DNA from: Paraspadella gotoi
Taxonomy: Eukaryota; Animalia; Chaetognatha
DNA: 64,000 nucleotides
Direction: 5' to 3'
Assembly: GCA_051294375.1 (NCBI GenBank)
Contig: CM119263.1
Location: forward strand, 29,319,134 to 29,383,133
The position numbers and the translations under genes were made by a program. The notes under the pieces are model-generated. The model worked only from the letters and a program-made list of their open reading frames with translations. It was not told where the DNA came from and did no database searches. Each line of letters starts with the position of its first letter. Positions within the stretch are counted from its first letter, which is position 1. This document shows positions 1-29,596 of the stretch, piece by piece.

Positions 1-1169
1 TTATTTATATTCAAACCCCGTTAGAAATTCCCGTCAAACGCCATCATCCCTAAATCCGCTGCCGAATTCCATCATAACCGAAATCCTATTTCGTCTTTCT
101 CATTTGTTTATTCTCTCTCGAGCATAAAGTTCTCTTGGAGCGAGTCTTCACAGCGCCGTTCCAAACCTCCTCCCTTCCACATCCCATCTCTCTTCACCTC
201 TCCTCTTCCACATCCCTTCCCTACCTTCCACATCCCACAACCTCACGTAATCTTCCTCAATCTCATTCAGATTTTTTTCGGCAGCAAAATCTCGTTGGCT
301 TCGAAAAAGAGAAAATGTTTTTTTCGCGTTAAAATTGTCTTCTTTTCTAATCTTCATCTTCCATCCTAATCTTCTAATCTTCATTTTCTAATCTTCACCT
401 TTCATCTTCATCTTCTAATCTTCATTTTCTAATCCATATGTATCTTTTAATCCTAACTTTCTCTTGTTCTAACTATCATCTTGATCATCTTTTAATCTTT
501 TCTGTTCATCTACTAATCATTATCTTCATTTTAATCTTTATCTTCTAATCTTCATCGTCACATCTTTTCTTTGACATAATCTAACTTATCTCCTTATAAT
601 CCAATTCTCAACTTCAACTACAACTTTTCTATTTTCTTTTCCTATTTTTTTTTCTTGCAAAAAAAAATTTGATCAGCCTTCTTCAATGTTGTGCTTTGGA
701 CAAATTTTACAAAATCAATTTTGAGATTTAGTATCAAAGCTCAAATGACGACTAAATTCGTTTATAGAAATCAAAGCTGAATAATTCCTTTTTTCTCCAC
801 GATATCTCTCCCTCACTCTCTCTTTTTCTCTCTCTCTCTCTCTCCCCTCTCTCTCCCTCTCTCTCTCATTCTCTCTCTCTCTGTCTGTCTCTGTAAGGGA
901 TGATTATTTAATATGATCTTAAATTAGATTGAATCTCTCAATCTGATTTACATATTACAGTATTAAATCTAAATGTGTCTAATTTCATTTTGGATTTCAT
1001 TTCATTCTTTATCTCTCTCTCTCTCTCTTCTCTCTCTTCTCTCTTAAAACAGACCTCTCACCTCTCCGAGTGTGATGTCAACAACAACAACGACAACAAC
1101 AACAACAACAATCGCGGACACTAAACGAAAACGTCAGCTCCTCTCTTCTTTCCGCGATAAACAGACGAG

Positions 1170-1735
1170 GACGATGACGACCGCAGGGACGACCACAGGG
1201 ACGACCACAGAGACGACCAAAGGGACGACCACAGGGACGACCACAGCGACGACCACAGAGACGACCAAAGGGACGACCACAGGGACGCCCACATCGACGA
1301 CCACAGGGACGACAACAGGGACGACCACAGCAACGACCATAGGGACGACCACAAGCGATGACCACAGAGACGACCAAAAGGACGACCACAGGGACGACCA
1401 CACGACCACATGGACGACCACAGCGACGACCACAGAGACGACTAAAGGGGCGACCACAGGGATGACCACAGCGAGGACCATAGGGACGACCACATCGACG
1501 ACCATAGTGACGACCAAGGACGCCCACAGGGACGACCACAGCGACGACCACAGAGACGACCAAGGACGACCACAGGACGACCACAACGACGACCACAGGA
1601 CGAACCACAGGGACGTCCACAGCGACGACCACAGGGACGACCACAGCGACGACCACATAGACGACCAAATGGACGACCACAGGGACGATCACAGGGACAA
1701 ACACAGGGGCAGCCACTGACAACGTCGACCACGAC
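1170..1735. repeat. 12-bp minisatellite, consensus GACGACCACAGG
   Basis: Many imperfect tandem copies seen directly. They explain the overlapping low-complexity ORFs (poly-T/DDHR, WSSL, CGRP, PVVV) in several frames. Confidence 0.9.
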
Positions 1736-2109
1736 AACGACAACGAATTATGGTTTCTCAAATTTAATAAAACCAACAAGGAACATAATTTATTATCATC
1801 ATCATCATCATCATCATCATGCCAATGCCCAGTTTGTTTAAGCGTCAGAAACGTGTTAATGCGATTTGGCGACTCTGGATTCTGGATGGAAAAGAGGGCG
1901 GATTTCTGTGCAGAGGGAACTGACACCGTCCCCCCCTTCCCTTCTCCCTACCCCCTCCTCTTCCTCTCTTTCACTCCCTCTCCCTTCTGATTCCTCCCTA
2001 CTTTCCATTCCTCTCTCTCTCTCTCTGTCTCTCTCTCTCTCCGCTTCCTCTCTCCCTCGGGTTTTCTCTGCTTTCCTCCGCTTCTCTTCTTCTTATTTCC
2101 TCCCTTTTT

Positions 2110-2570
2110 AATCTCGCTCATTTTTCTTTCCACTTTTTTCTCCTTTTTTTCTTTTTTCCTCTTTTTTTCTTTTTTCCTCCTTTTTTTCTTTTTTCCTCCT
2201 TTTTCTTTTTTTCCTCCTTTTTTCTTTTTTCCTCCTTTTTACTTTTTTTCTCATTTTTTTCTTTTTTCCTCCTTTTTTTCTTTTTTTCTCATTTTTCTTT
2301 TTTCCTCCTTTTTTCTTTTTTCCTCCTTTTTTCTTTTTTCCTCCTTTTTTCGTTTTTCCTCCTTTTTTCTTTTTTCCTCCTTTTTTTCTTTTTTTTTCAT
2401 TTTCCTCTTTTTTCCTCCTTTTATCTTTTTTATTTCCGCCTTTTTTCCTCATTTTTTCTTTTTTTTCCTCATTTTTTCTTTCCTCTTTTTTCTTCCTTTT
2501 TCCAGTTTTCCTTTTTTTCTTTTTTTTCCTCCTTTTTTCCTCATATTTTTTCTTTTTCCTTTCCTCCTGC
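2110..2570. repeat. Pyrimidine-rich low-complexity tract (TTTTTC/TTTTTCCTCC units)
   Basis: Seen directly; source of the Lys-rich artefact ORF 2108..2452. Confidence 0.9.
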
Positions 2571-2689
2571 CCTTTTCGCCTCGGAAATGAGAGAGAGTTG
2601 AAACTTGTATGAATTCAAAGGTAGGAGAAGAGAAAGCGGCTTACTCTTTCAATGTACCATGTATCATTCAGTCTTAAGTTCAAATCACC

Positions 2690-5473
<2,784 letters not shown>

Positions 5474-6718
5474 TGTTTCTCTCCTTCCGTTAATTTATTA
5501 AATTTAGTTTTATTTATATATATATATATAAATAACGTTAGAATATATTCTTTGTTATGATTCGTTTAGTTGTCGTTTTTACTTTTCGTTGGGTTAGTTT
5601 ATTGTTTCCTTCAAATGAAATCATTTCTGTTGTTTTTATTTTTTCTTTTTCTTTTTTCTTTTTCTTTCTTTTTTTAAATTAATCCATTTTTCTCTTTTTA
5701 ATTCACGTGTTTTTTTTTAATCTTCGTTCACGTGTTTCGTTGGTTTTGCTTGTTTTGTTTTTTCCTCCCCTTTTTGTTTTATTTGTCGACTAAAACGAGA
5801 AAAAAACAAATAAAAAAAAAGAACAAAGAATTTGTTTTGTTCGGTGCCTTGTTCTTTTGTTTACTTTTTACTTCCGTTAAAATCCGCGGGCTAAAGGCGG
5901 CGCCACCGAGCGAACTCTCATGAAAGAGCTTTTTGTTTGTTGTGAAAGGAGATGGAGGCGGCGTCTGCAGAAGCGGCGTCTGCAGAAGCGGCGGCAGCGG
6001 CGGCGGCGGCTGCGGCGTCAGTGGCGGCAGCGGAAGGGATGGGTTGGAAGCTACATTGCAACAATAATCTAAAGCTTTATAAGTTTATAATGATCTTATA
6101 ATTGTGTACAATTTAACAGATAATAGTAAATTGTACCCACCGAAGGTAAAATTGTTTTTGTTTTTAAAAACATACATGTTAACATATATGTTTAATCTAA
6201 AGAAAAATTATGTAAAAATTCTCATTCGTTCGTTTTATAATTTTACTTTTTTTTCTTTCTTTAGGTTAACTTTTTTTCCATTTGTTTCCCCATTCCTTTC
6301 CATTTTTTTCACGTGCCATTTTACTATTTTTCGCCTCTGGCTTTCATCCAACTCTTTCTTTTTTTTTTTACTTTTTTTGTTGTTTTTTCTTCCCGCCTTC
6401 AATCAGGGTTTTTCTTGTGCACCGCTCAATCTCTTTTTTTCAACGCACAGCCGAGATTCTCTCTCTCTCACTCGTTCCTTCTCTTCTTTTTCTCTTACTC
6501 TCTCTCCCTCTCGTCACTCCCTCTCTCTCTCTCTCTTCCGCCATTCCTACGTACCTCCTTTCCTTAATCCGATTCCAGGTCCTGCCTGACCTTTCCAACT
6601 TGTCCGATCTCATTCGCCCTCACTTTTCCATATTTGCTTCCACTTCCAACTTTTTATTTTGCGAGGTTAAAAAATCTTTTTTAATGTGGTCTCTCGGGGC
6701 TACGAAAAAAAAGATCAA

Positions 6719-6810
<92 letters not shown>

Positions 6811-7167
6811 CTATCTCTCTCTCTCTCTCTCCCTCTCCCTCTCCTCTCCCTCTCCCATCCCCCTGCCCCTTCTCTCCCCAGTTGATTTTGTTTCCTTCAT
6901 GCATTTATTCCGACTCTGAATCCCGGGCGTGCTCGCTCTCAATATGATTCTTTCTTATTCATAAGTCTGATGTTCCTTTCCACAGTCGTTTCGCCAAACC
7001 CCTCGCCGCCGCCCCCTTCGACCTCACCCCCCCCCCGCACCGAGCCGTCCAATTTGAGCGTCGGTCGGATTAGGAAGTTGGTGCTTGTTAGGTGCGAACT
7101 TATTGATTGATTGATAGATCGAGCGAGCGGCAATTCAATTAGATTGAATGAGGACCGATATTGGAGT

Positions 7168-7206
<39 letters not shown>

Positions 7207-7228
7207 GAGAGAGAGAGGAGAGAGAGAC

Positions 7229-7264
<36 letters not shown>

Positions 7265-7961
7265 TAAAAGGTCAGTCAATGTTATGCCAATCGTAATTAG
7301 AGAAGAGAAAACATTAAATAAACGAGAGGGAAAAAAATCTTATCACGTCCGATAAAAAAAATCATTCTAAAAGTCACTATAAAGTTAGTAATATATAAAT
7401 CAACTCGATTCAACCGTGAGGACATAATTCCGATCGAAGCCACAAAAAAAAGAGATTTAAAAAACGAATCGAATAAAGATCTTTTTTTTTAAGAAAAAAA
7501 AAACAAAGAGGTTTCCATGGAGACGGAAAGATTGGTTGCCAGAAAATGGGTACCACGTTTCGTCAGTTCTGCCATTGAAATTCAATTTATTACGAAAACC
7601 ATGATTTTTTTTTTTATTTGTTTGTGACAGAAATGTTTTTTTTAGTACTGGTTGCATGCTGCATCTAGATTCTAGGTCCTTACTGTATTACCTCAATCCT
7701 AAAAAATCATTGCCCGGGCATGTCCGATTGCAACACAAATGAAAAAACTAAAAGGTAATAAAATTAATGTACTTATATACTATTATAGTCCTTTTTTGTT
7801 CTGAAGCCTATTTGAATTTTCTTTTTCTTTTTTGGCCTAATCATTTTTATTGTATTTTTACTTCTTTTTTTTTCACAGTTAGTAGATTTGACAGTAGATT
7901 TTTTTGCCTATATCGTGATTTTTATATTATTATATTATTATTATTATTATTATTATTATTA

Positions 7962-7985
7962 NNNNNNNNNNNNNNNNNNNNNNNN
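7962..7985. other. Assembly gap (24 N) inside an (ATT)n microsatellite
   Basis: Run of Ns flanked by TTA repeats. Confidence 0.99.
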
Positions 7986-8016
<31 letters not shown>

Positions 8017-9309
8017 ATTTATTATAATTACTTATAATCTTACTTAGTTAATAAGTTTTTATTTTAAAAATCGTGTGAAAGACTAAGTATTGCAGTCGCT
8101 AAAAAAATTTATTAGAAACACCCATAGGCATAAACCAAAATTATTGACAAGATTTTGTTATTACTTCTTTTTCACTGAGCAACTTTTTCAAAATCTCGGA
8201 AACTAAAGATAAATTTTATTCAGAAGCAAATCGTTATTTTATAAAAACATTTCTCTTGATAAATTACATTTTAAGTAAATTATTTATTGTCGCCAAACAA
8301 ACGTGACAAAGAGAAAATATTTTCTCGCCGATCGTCTCACACCACCGAAGAAGAATTAAAAAAAAGGATTTACTGCTTTAACAAGTAATAAAAAAAACCA
8401 TAGACACAAATCCTTGTTGCAGATAAAAAAATATGCAGAAATCGGAGATGTTGATGGAGAAAGAGAGCGACACCGACTACAGCAAAAAAGGATACGACTT
8501 CGCATCGCGTTTCTGCCTCACAAACGACGACGACGACGACGACGAAGACGACGAAGACGAAGACGACGACGACTAGAAAAACGACGAGCAGTCTCACGCG
8601 AAATTATCACGTGATTCGATGCCATCGACGCCCGGGACCGCGTGAGACGACGACGACGACGGCGACGACGAATACAATGATGTCGAAGACGACGATGACG
8701 ACGACGGAAAAAAAGGTTCATGTACTACATAAAACTCCAACAACTAAAAAAGTCAGTGACCAAAAAGAGACGCCAAAGACGACGACGATGACAAAGACGA
8801 TGACGACTTCATGGAAGATCGATACAAGAAGAAATTTATAGATAAAATAACGACAAAGCTGAAAAAGGACTGACAAAGAACTGACCTAACGTCTACAGGT
8901 TTTTCTCAATTGTACTTTATCTCTCTCTCTTTTTTAAAGACGGTGGTTGATGGTCGATGGTCCACTGCGATTGGACTCTTGCTTGCAGTCAATATGACGA
9001 CATAATGAAGAAGATCTTTCTCTTTAATTGCTGCCAATTGCAATTAGCAATGGGTCCAGAAATTACGAGCGAAGTTGTCGGTCCGCATTGGCCAAAGAGA
9101 GACGCAATGATGATGACGGTTGACAAAGAGAATGACAGAGATTGGATGACAAAGCCGACGACGACGAGGACGACGATGAAGCCGACGTCTTCCGACTCTT
9201 AGACCGCGCCCCCTTGCCCCTCCCCCCCATCTCCCTTCGTTACCTCCGTCTCGTCGAACGAAAACTGGGAGAAAAAAAAAGGAGGAGGAGATTCCGACCA
9301 GTCCTCGAT

Positions 9310-9560
9310 TCTGATTGGCCGAGCCAAGATTTCTTCTAAATCGTCTTCCTATTGGTCGATACAAACTGGGGTTTCGTCCTCTCATTGGTCAATGGAGGTG
9401 AGTGGTTGACGTCACAACGAGCGTGACGTCACTTAGTTCAGTCTCGTTCATCATTCCGCACGTTCGCCCGTACGGGGGAATGCGGACAGCGGTGGGCGGG
9501 TTAGTCGGTCAGTTTAAGTCGGTCGGTCGGTCGAGATGGTGACCGGTCACGTGACGTAAT
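9310..9560. promoter_or_regulatory. Promoter-like motif cluster: 3 CCAAT boxes, 2 CRE, GC box, GTCACGTGAC
   Basis: ATTGG at 9314, 9351, 9384; TGACGTCA at 9407 and 9424; GGGCGGG ~9494; GTCACGTGAC 9546-9555; CpG-rich. Confidence 0.5.
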
Positions 9561-9916
9561 ATAGCGCCAAGTTACGCGACCAGGACTTGAATTAACAAAA
9601 CCGATTTTTTCCCCTTTTTTTTTTGTTACCGGTAGAGTGCGTTGAACCTTGTAACCAATGGTGTCTTGTCGCCTTCAGTGGCGACATCTGGAACGCAACC
9701 CACTCACAGCCAAAAAAATAAAAGGTTTAAGAAAAAGGAAAGATTTTCAAACAAGAGATTTAAGTCTAAGATTATCGATCGACGCTCGAGGAAATAAAGG
9801 AAATCTTATCACGCGAATTGATATAAAAGAAAATTAAATTAGGAAAGAAATAAGAAATATACAAATATAATTAATTATCCCTTTGGTTTCAACTGTTTTT
9901 GCTCTTGACGCTTCCT

Positions 9917-10011
<95 letters not shown>

Positions 10012-10126
10012 ACTTTTCAACTGTAAAATCTTTTAAAGAAATTTAAATGAACGGACCCACTGTTACCTTATAGGTCCTTCTTGCAGAGGGTACCTAGGTT
10101 CATCACAATTATCTATCTATCTATCT

Positions 10127-10159
<33 letters not shown>

Positions 10160-10847
10160 ATATCGATTTCAAACGAGAGGGAAACACGTTTGCTTTTAAG
10201 TATACTTAGCCATTAACAAAAGCAAACAACAATCATTGACTAATTCGAATAGCCTATCAAAATAAAAGCTTAGTTGTCGAGAATTCAACGATTTTCTGAC
10301 ATAAATGACATCAATGACATAAATGACATCAGTGACAGCGCAAATGTCACAAAAGTCGATAGTCGTTCAAGTAAGAAGCAGATTTTGCAAATTTGTCTCT
10401 TTTGTCACGAAAAGATTTTTATTCGCGATCGATTTTCCTTCACAGCTTGAAATTTTTTTAAGGAAAAACGATTGCTTGGAGAATATTATTAGATTTATCA
10501 TGAAATTAAATTAAACATTACAAAAACCCGTAGTGCTTCTTTAATAATGGGTTTTATTGGTTTAAATATTAAACCAAGAAATGTTGTGCAATGTCAGTTT
10601 TTTGTTTGTTTTTTTTTGACGAACTTCGAGCAACAGATACTGTCTAATTCACAGGATTTCTCAGAAATGTTTAAGGGAATTTGTGACAAAAAGAAGGAGC
10701 GATGACGACGATGACGACGACGACGACAACAAAGAGAATAAGAAAAGTTCGATAAAACCTCAAGATGATGCGACTGAAAACAAATTAAAGAATAAGAAAT
10801 TTTCTTTATGAAAAAATAATCAAATCAAGAACAAAGAGGGAGGGAGG

Positions 10848-10935
<88 letters not shown>

Positions 10936-12174
10936 ACGAGTGATTTAAACTAAAAAATTAAAAAATTCAACTTAAAAGTAAAATATGAATCCCTTAAATG
11001 GATACTTTTAAAAATATCTACTTCCTTATTTAGTATCTCTCGGCAAAATAATGTATCATTAAAAATAATTAATTCAAAATTAAATTGAATTCTTAGGCAT
11101 CTCGAATTTCCTTTCGTTTCGTTGTGTTTGAATTAGTAGAAGAAGTTTGAATTTGTTTACAACAACGATTTTATTGGTACATAGGGATTCTTGAATTCGA
11201 ATTCAAATCAACAAAATGGATTTTTTTTAAAGAAAAACTAAATTAGATGGTTTTGATCTTTAAAAATAAAATGGAAAAGATTTTAAAAACTCAGTTGGCG
11301 GCGGAGAATTTCTTTTCTTCTTCATCCTCGCATTTTTCTAACTTTTTCCAACTCAGTAAACAATTTGAAATTCGTCAATAGCTCTCAATGAAATACGGTT
11401 AACGAAGAAAAGTAGAACGATTTATTTTTGCAAAAAATATTTGTGAATTTCGAGAAACAAATAATCACCGAAGCAAAAAAAAAAAAAGAGTCAATTTTAT
11501 ACATAAATAATTAAATAAAACGCGGAAAATTACTTTATCTATTATCACGATCTGGTTGAAAAAAAAAATTAAAAAAAAACATCTACATCTTTTTTTCAAA
11601 AGGCACGGGGAAAAATATACACACAAAAATTGGAAATACTGGAAAAAAAGGCATTTATCTGAAAAAGGCAACGAATGTTTATTTTAATGTTCATTTTAAT
11701 GTTCATTTTAATGCTTGTGTCAAAAATTGGAAACGATGAAGCAAAAATGCGAGCAGTTGAAATTTGATTTTGTTTAAAATTTGTTTGGGATAGAAGCATC
11801 GGATGATTAGGGGATCAGGGGTTCAGAGGATCAGGAGACCAGAGGAACAGGGGATCAGAGGATCAGGGGATAAGAGGAAAGAATCGTTTTGATATTTTGT
11901 CAGAAAAGGCGACCGTTTGGAAAATAATAATTTTTTTTTTTTCGTTTTTAAAATCAGTAGCAATTAAATCGATATTTCTTTACTATTTATTGTTCAAAAG
12001 TTTTAATTCTCTTTTAGGGCGCTAATAATAATAAATGTTTTGATTTTTTGGTATTTCTAATATTAATTTTGGAGTATTTCTTACTTTAAAATGAAATTCA
12101 TTCAAAATACGTTATAAAAGAGAAAATCAAAAAAACGAAATTCGGAAGCAGACGAAAAAAAACAAAACATAAGA

Positions 12175-23712
<11,538 letters not shown>

Positions 23713-24170
23713 CTGGAAATGAGAAATGGGTTATAGGAGTCGGATTTACAGGAGTAGAATAAACATTGAATAAAACAAATTTAAATGTAAGAATAAATCA
23801 TCTAATTAATAAATAGAAAATTTAAGAAACGGGAATTACTACATCTGAAAAAGAGGAACATTTATTTAACAATTATAATCAAAAACGATTTTTCAATTTA
23901 TTATTGACACATTTAGATGGTTTCCTCTCCCATGCCATGCCTCTCCCATGCCCCGCTTATAACGAAGATCTTAAAGAGGAAAATCGTTAAAAAATGAAAC
24001 GTGTTCACTTTCCAAATTCCGGCCCCGCTGTAGTCGAACCTGTGATTTGACGCGACGCGATTACTGTATTCACGACTTCGAAGGAAAAGTTGAGCGAAAA
24101 TTTTGGTGACGATAAGAGGAAAAATAAGGGAGAGTAAAGAAGAGATAGCAGGGGTCTCTCTCTCTCTCTC

Positions 24171-24264
<94 letters not shown>

Positions 24265-24364
24265 GCTCTCTCGGACTTTGGTCCCTCTAGCTCCGACGAT
24301 GAAATCGACGACGACGACGACGACGACAACGATGAGTGACTCAAAATTAAATATAAAAATGGAA

Positions 24365-24565
24365 ATTTCGATGACGTCAACCAATCAGAAGTCATTTAGT
24401 GCCAAAATTAATGAATTGGACCAATCATAACTCGTCTCATATATTAATCAACGTTCAATGACGAGCGATTAAAATCGATATTGATTAAAAATTAATATCG
24501 ATTGACGACCAATCAATTGTTACTTTGAACACCCGACAATCTGGGATGACTGAAAGCCAATCATG
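24365..24565 (-). promoter_or_regulatory. Candidate proximal PRDM1 promoter (CRE plus four CCAAT boxes)
   Basis: TGACGTCA 24372; CCAAT 24381, 24421, 24509, 24557; lies ~650 bp upstream of the 23712 acceptor. Confidence 0.4.
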
Positions 24566-25368
24566 AATCTCGGATGATTGATTTTCAAACCTCTCGGGTG
24601 ATTATGGATGACAAAGATTATGGATGACAAAGATTATGGATGACAAAGATGTCACTTTTAGCCTTTGTTAGTCTTGAGAGAAATATGAAGGAAGCTAAGG
24701 GAACTTCTGACCAACGAGCTTTTAGTTTTCAGACAAACATTAGAAAAAACAATAAAATTAAGAACAATATGAAAACAACAAACTATGAAAGACGAATTGA
24801 GACAAAGAAGGGCGAAGATCGAAAGGCGAACGGCGAAGATAGAAAGACGAAGGACGAACAAGGAATCCACTTGAGATTAAAAAAGGTTTTTCGATGATGA
24901 TTTATTGTTAATGTTTATCTGATCTATCGCGAGTTGACGACGACGACGACGACGACGACGACAACGTCAGGGCGAAACTTGTAAACGAGATCATTTTTTC
25001 GAAAGGGAATAAATTTCACTCTCTGAAGTCAGATAACGAACTCTGGGTCCATTAATCGATTCTATAGTTTTTATATATTTAGTTATTTTTTTATTTAAAA
25101 AAAAAATATTGGTCGTTATCTCGTAATATAAGTAATTTTTCTTTCTCGAAAAGTCAGATCGAATATCACAAAGAGAAAAGGAGAGTTTTATCTGTGAAAG
25201 TCTAACCCAGTTTCACCCAGTTCCATCCGGTTGACAGACTATCGAGTCACAATTCGAAACTCACGGCCCGCCTTCCCCTCCTTGTGATTCTTGGTGATTC
25301 TTTACTCTCCGTTTTAATTCCTCTTTTTTATTTCTTTCCTTTTCTTGACTTTTCATTATAACTCTTTT

Positions 25369-25413
<45 letters not shown>

Positions 25414-25863
25414 TAGGTCACGGTAACTAGTGTGCTTTGGTCAGTCAAACTAATTCTTTTTTTTTTCTCATAAAAAAAATAATTATTCAATTTTTTCTAC
25501 TCTTTTTAAAATTATAAATTGTTGCTAAAAAGAATACATACAGTATTACAATTACGCATTTTTCATTTGTTATTTGTCGAAAAACGAATGTGATGTGATG
25601 AGATGAAACGATACGATGTGAACCAACATGTTATAATTTGAGATATTCTGATATAAACTGAAATGTCATGAGATGAGATGATATGTGGTGATATGTCGTG
25701 AGATGACACGATACATAAGACGAAATTAATCGGGGAATCGAGGTCCCGAAAATGAGGTTTCCTTTTCAGAGTCTGAATGGAATCAAAAGGAAAAAGTGGA
25801 ATCCTTTTCATTTCATTGACTTTCCATCAGAATCGAGTCGAGTGAAAAGGAAATCGGGATATA

Positions 25864-25894
<31 letters not shown>

Positions 25895-27730
25895 GAGGAG
25901 GAGGAAGAAGGGGGAGATAAAGAAGCAGAGGGGTAGTTTTGTATTTGATCCTAAATATATAAAAAATGTAATAATAATAATAATGAAAATGATAAAATTA
26001 CTTTAGCACAATGAGCGGAGAGGGAACGGCAGAGGACAGGCGAAAATGATCTCTTTAACTATTTAAGTAAGTCAACGTAAAAAGGTAAGTGAAGAAGAAA
26101 GGAGGAAAGAAAAGAATTTGTGAAATGTGATTTAGAATGGAAGAGAAATATGTTGGAGGTTTGGAACTATTATTATAACTTATATCAAAAATATCGGTTC
26201 AATCGACCATGTCAATAATTCTTATAACATGGTCAATTGGTCATGCAATCATGTCGAGGAATAAAAAAAAAGAAATTGAGTTTACATTTTTTTAATATTT
26301 AAGGTTAAATTCGTAATGCTTTTTTTTTTTGGTTCCCAAATTTGAGCATATGCCTTTTACCTCTGAGTCGCTGTAGATCCATAGTTGATAAATTTTTAAT
26401 TGGATTTTATTTGATTAGATTAAAATGTATTTGACTTGCGATTTTACATTGAAATGTTTTTTTTAACGTTGTAAACGATCCTTATGTTATTCCTATGTTC
26501 ACAATTTCGTTAAAGTAAAATTGCAATCGAAAAAAAAAATGCAACGAATATTTATTTTGATTGAGAAATGATAATCTTTAATCGTTCCTGGGTGAAAGAG
26601 TGAAGATCTTCCCTGGAAGGCTTCGGGGGCGGCGGCGGCTGCAGCGGCGGCGGCAGCGGCAGAAGAGGAGGAGGAGGAAGAGGAACGACGGCGGGAGAAA
26701 TCCGAATTTGGCGATCGGGAATTGGGAATGACCGCCAAAGACGAAGACGAAGAAGAAGAAGACGATAGCGACGAATAAAAGGATTATACCGAAGGAGACG
26801 GTGATCGAGAAAAAAGACGAAGACGACGACAAAAGTGAAAGACATCGAGATTGGAAATCAATTAAAAAAAAAAAACAAATCGGAGAAACAAAGTCAAGAA
26901 ACATCAGGGACGTCAAGGACTGTGGATCGAAAAAAGTTATTAAAATTGACACAACCAATACAAAAACTATACTTTCAAAAAAGAACCATTAAATAAGTTA
27001 TAATGGCTCCTTACTTTAGCCAGGATGATAACATAGCTAATCGAGACTTTCAGTCTGAGAAAATTGAGGACAAAAACGAAAATGAAAAATTCGTCGCGAT
27101 GAATCGAATCTCATTCAAGAATTCGTGATTCGCTTCATCGACTTCATCATAGTTTTTCTTCGCATCGAGAATCTCACGAAAACCAAATGAAGGTCGAGGG
27201 CTTTCAGTTTATATCAATATTTATACTCTTTCTGTAATTATTTTCTTTTAAAACGGTCAGAAAGTGAAGCAACTAATCTCAGTGAGGAGCAGAGAGCGAA
27301 AACAGTGAATGGACTAGTCTCATTTCACAAATACTATGTAAAAACAGAGCGGCGGGTTTAAAATGGCCCAGTTTGTTATAATCCCACAATTTTAGTTTTA
27401 TAACAAATAATTTTATATAATATTTGAACAACACTCAACTGGGATTACAAATTAAAACTTCACAGTTTTCAGCCAATCCAATCCAATTTTTCGCGCGGAA
27501 AATAACGACGACGACAACAACAACAACAACAATCGCCTCGATTTAAGCCCGAACTTCTTTCCGCATCTTCCTTCAACGAGGTCAAGAGTCAACGGGTCCA
27601 CCATCAGGGGGTCAAGGAGGCAGGTGTCGAAAGGTCAAAATCTCAAGGGGTCAGTTTCTCCAAGTTCGTGATTTCGCTGAAAGGATTTGGCTAATTTTAT
27701 CGTGAGGAGAGGGAGAGGGAGTTTGTTCCC

Positions 27731-27812
<82 letters not shown>

Positions 27813-27899
27813 CAGAGACAGAGAGATAACTTATTCGGAGAATTTGAAGCCCAATTTTCGATCGCTCGACAAAAGCAGTGACACCAAACGGAAGAAGGG

Positions 27900-27995
<96 letters not shown>

Positions 27996-28471
27996 ACAGA
28001 CACTGCGTTGAAACCTCAAAATTTAATCGGTGAGTGAAATTATAAACTCAATCTTAATCTAGAAATTTTAACTCTACATATGAATAAGAATCTATGAATA
28101 ATGAATTGAATATCCATCCATTTCTATTTGAATTTTTAAATCCCTTTAAATCGCACAAATGAAATTTTTACCTTAATCTCTATTAATGAAAATATTAATA
28201 GAAATCTTTTCTGTGAATCCATAAACTCGAATCACTTTCTTGGTTTCCTATTTTTCGTTGAACGCGTGAATCCCGAAAGCTATTTGTGACTGGGTGAGGA
28301 ACGTATTTTGCGCTCTCTCTTTCGCTTTCTTTCACCTCTCTCTCCCCTCGCTCTGTCTCTATCTTTCTCTCTCCCACACAAACATTCTTTGTTTTGGTCG
28401 TCAATTCCACTGAATTTTCGGTCGGTGATCGAGATTTTAGATGATGGTGATGAAGAAGATGGTGAGAAAAG

Positions 28472-28636
28472 AAGGTAGTACTTCTTTTATATAATTGAAA
28501 CATACTATTAAATGATATACCACTTCATTGATAGAAAAGGTCAGTACTCAGGGAGTGAATAAACGAAACTGTGAGAGAACCTTGATTGAAGGCTGTCGGT
28601 GACCTGCTATGTTATTATCTTGTTGTAGTGATGTGA
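28472..28636 (+). mobile_element. Diverged copy of the interspersed repeat at 53086-53344
   Basis: Shares aattgaaaca..ataccacttcattgatag..gggagtgaataaa..actgtgagaga..cttgattgaa..acctgctatgttattatcttgt with the 53.1-kb copy. Confidence 0.8.
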
Positions 28637-29508
28637 AAATTATAAAATTTTATAAAATTTAAATTTAAATATAAATCATGAAAATAAAAACTAATAAAAA
28701 TACTTGAACCAGTTTCATATAATTATAAATATATTACACTAGAAATGGTCAAATGGTCATATTAATCACAATATTTTCCTTGGTCAGCCATAGCGGTAGA
28801 GGGTATGGCATGAGTGGATGCAGCAGCGTTCGCAATTGTCACTGCAAAGTAGAGCAAAACTTCCCCTTTCATAGTCGTCGTCGTCGTTGTCGTCGTCGTC
28901 GTCGTCGTCGTCTCCGCTGAGCGAAAAAAAGTCCTTCATTTTCGAAGATAAGATAAAAATGAGAGAAAGAAAGGAGAGTGAGTGAGTGAAGCTCGGGTAA
29001 GGAAAGGGATGAGGGGTGTGAAAGGGGGAGTCATGGTTAGGGAAAGTGGGTTCGGGGGTCGGGAAGAGGGGATAAGGGAAGAGGTGCTTCGTTTGGAAGG
29101 AAGAAGAAGAAGAAGAAGAAGAGGAGGAGGAGGAGGAGGAGGAGGAGGAGGAGGAGGAAAATAATCTCGTTTACGATGACAAAGTGGCAACGGAAGAAGA
29201 GGAAGGGTGAGTGAGATTTTCAGGGAAAGCGCGTGACGTTCACTGTTCAGGCTTTTTTTTTATTACATACAAAATATCTTATTCAATTTTGCCCCTTTTC
29301 TATTTCGTATCATATACGGTAACCTGTATTCCCGGGATGTAAATTGTAATGTGTCAAATAATAGCCTCTTCCCGGATTTCATAAAAAATAAAGCCCTTTC
29401 CCCGGATGTAATAAAAAACTTTAAATTTGTCTTCCCCGAGGGGAAACTGGAACGAAATAGTCACGGTGAAGGTTGAGTTTTAATACGAATCGTATAAGTA
29501 CTATAAGT

Positions 29509-29596
<88 letters not shown>

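Noticed and set aside
1170-1735. CRISPR-like regular repeat
   Set aside because: Tandem units without unique spacers, no cas genes, eukaryotic context.
1072-1926. Long overlapping ORFs (Thr-rich mucin-like, DDHR, CGRP, PVVV repeats)
   Set aside because: A stop-free 12-bp minisatellite leaves several frames open on both strands; nothing shows which, if any, is translated.
6579-8576. Possible plus-strand exons ending in an acidic tail at 8439-8576
   Set aside because: No recognisable domain or convincing exon chain; the acidic run is a (GAC)n microsatellite common throughout the window.
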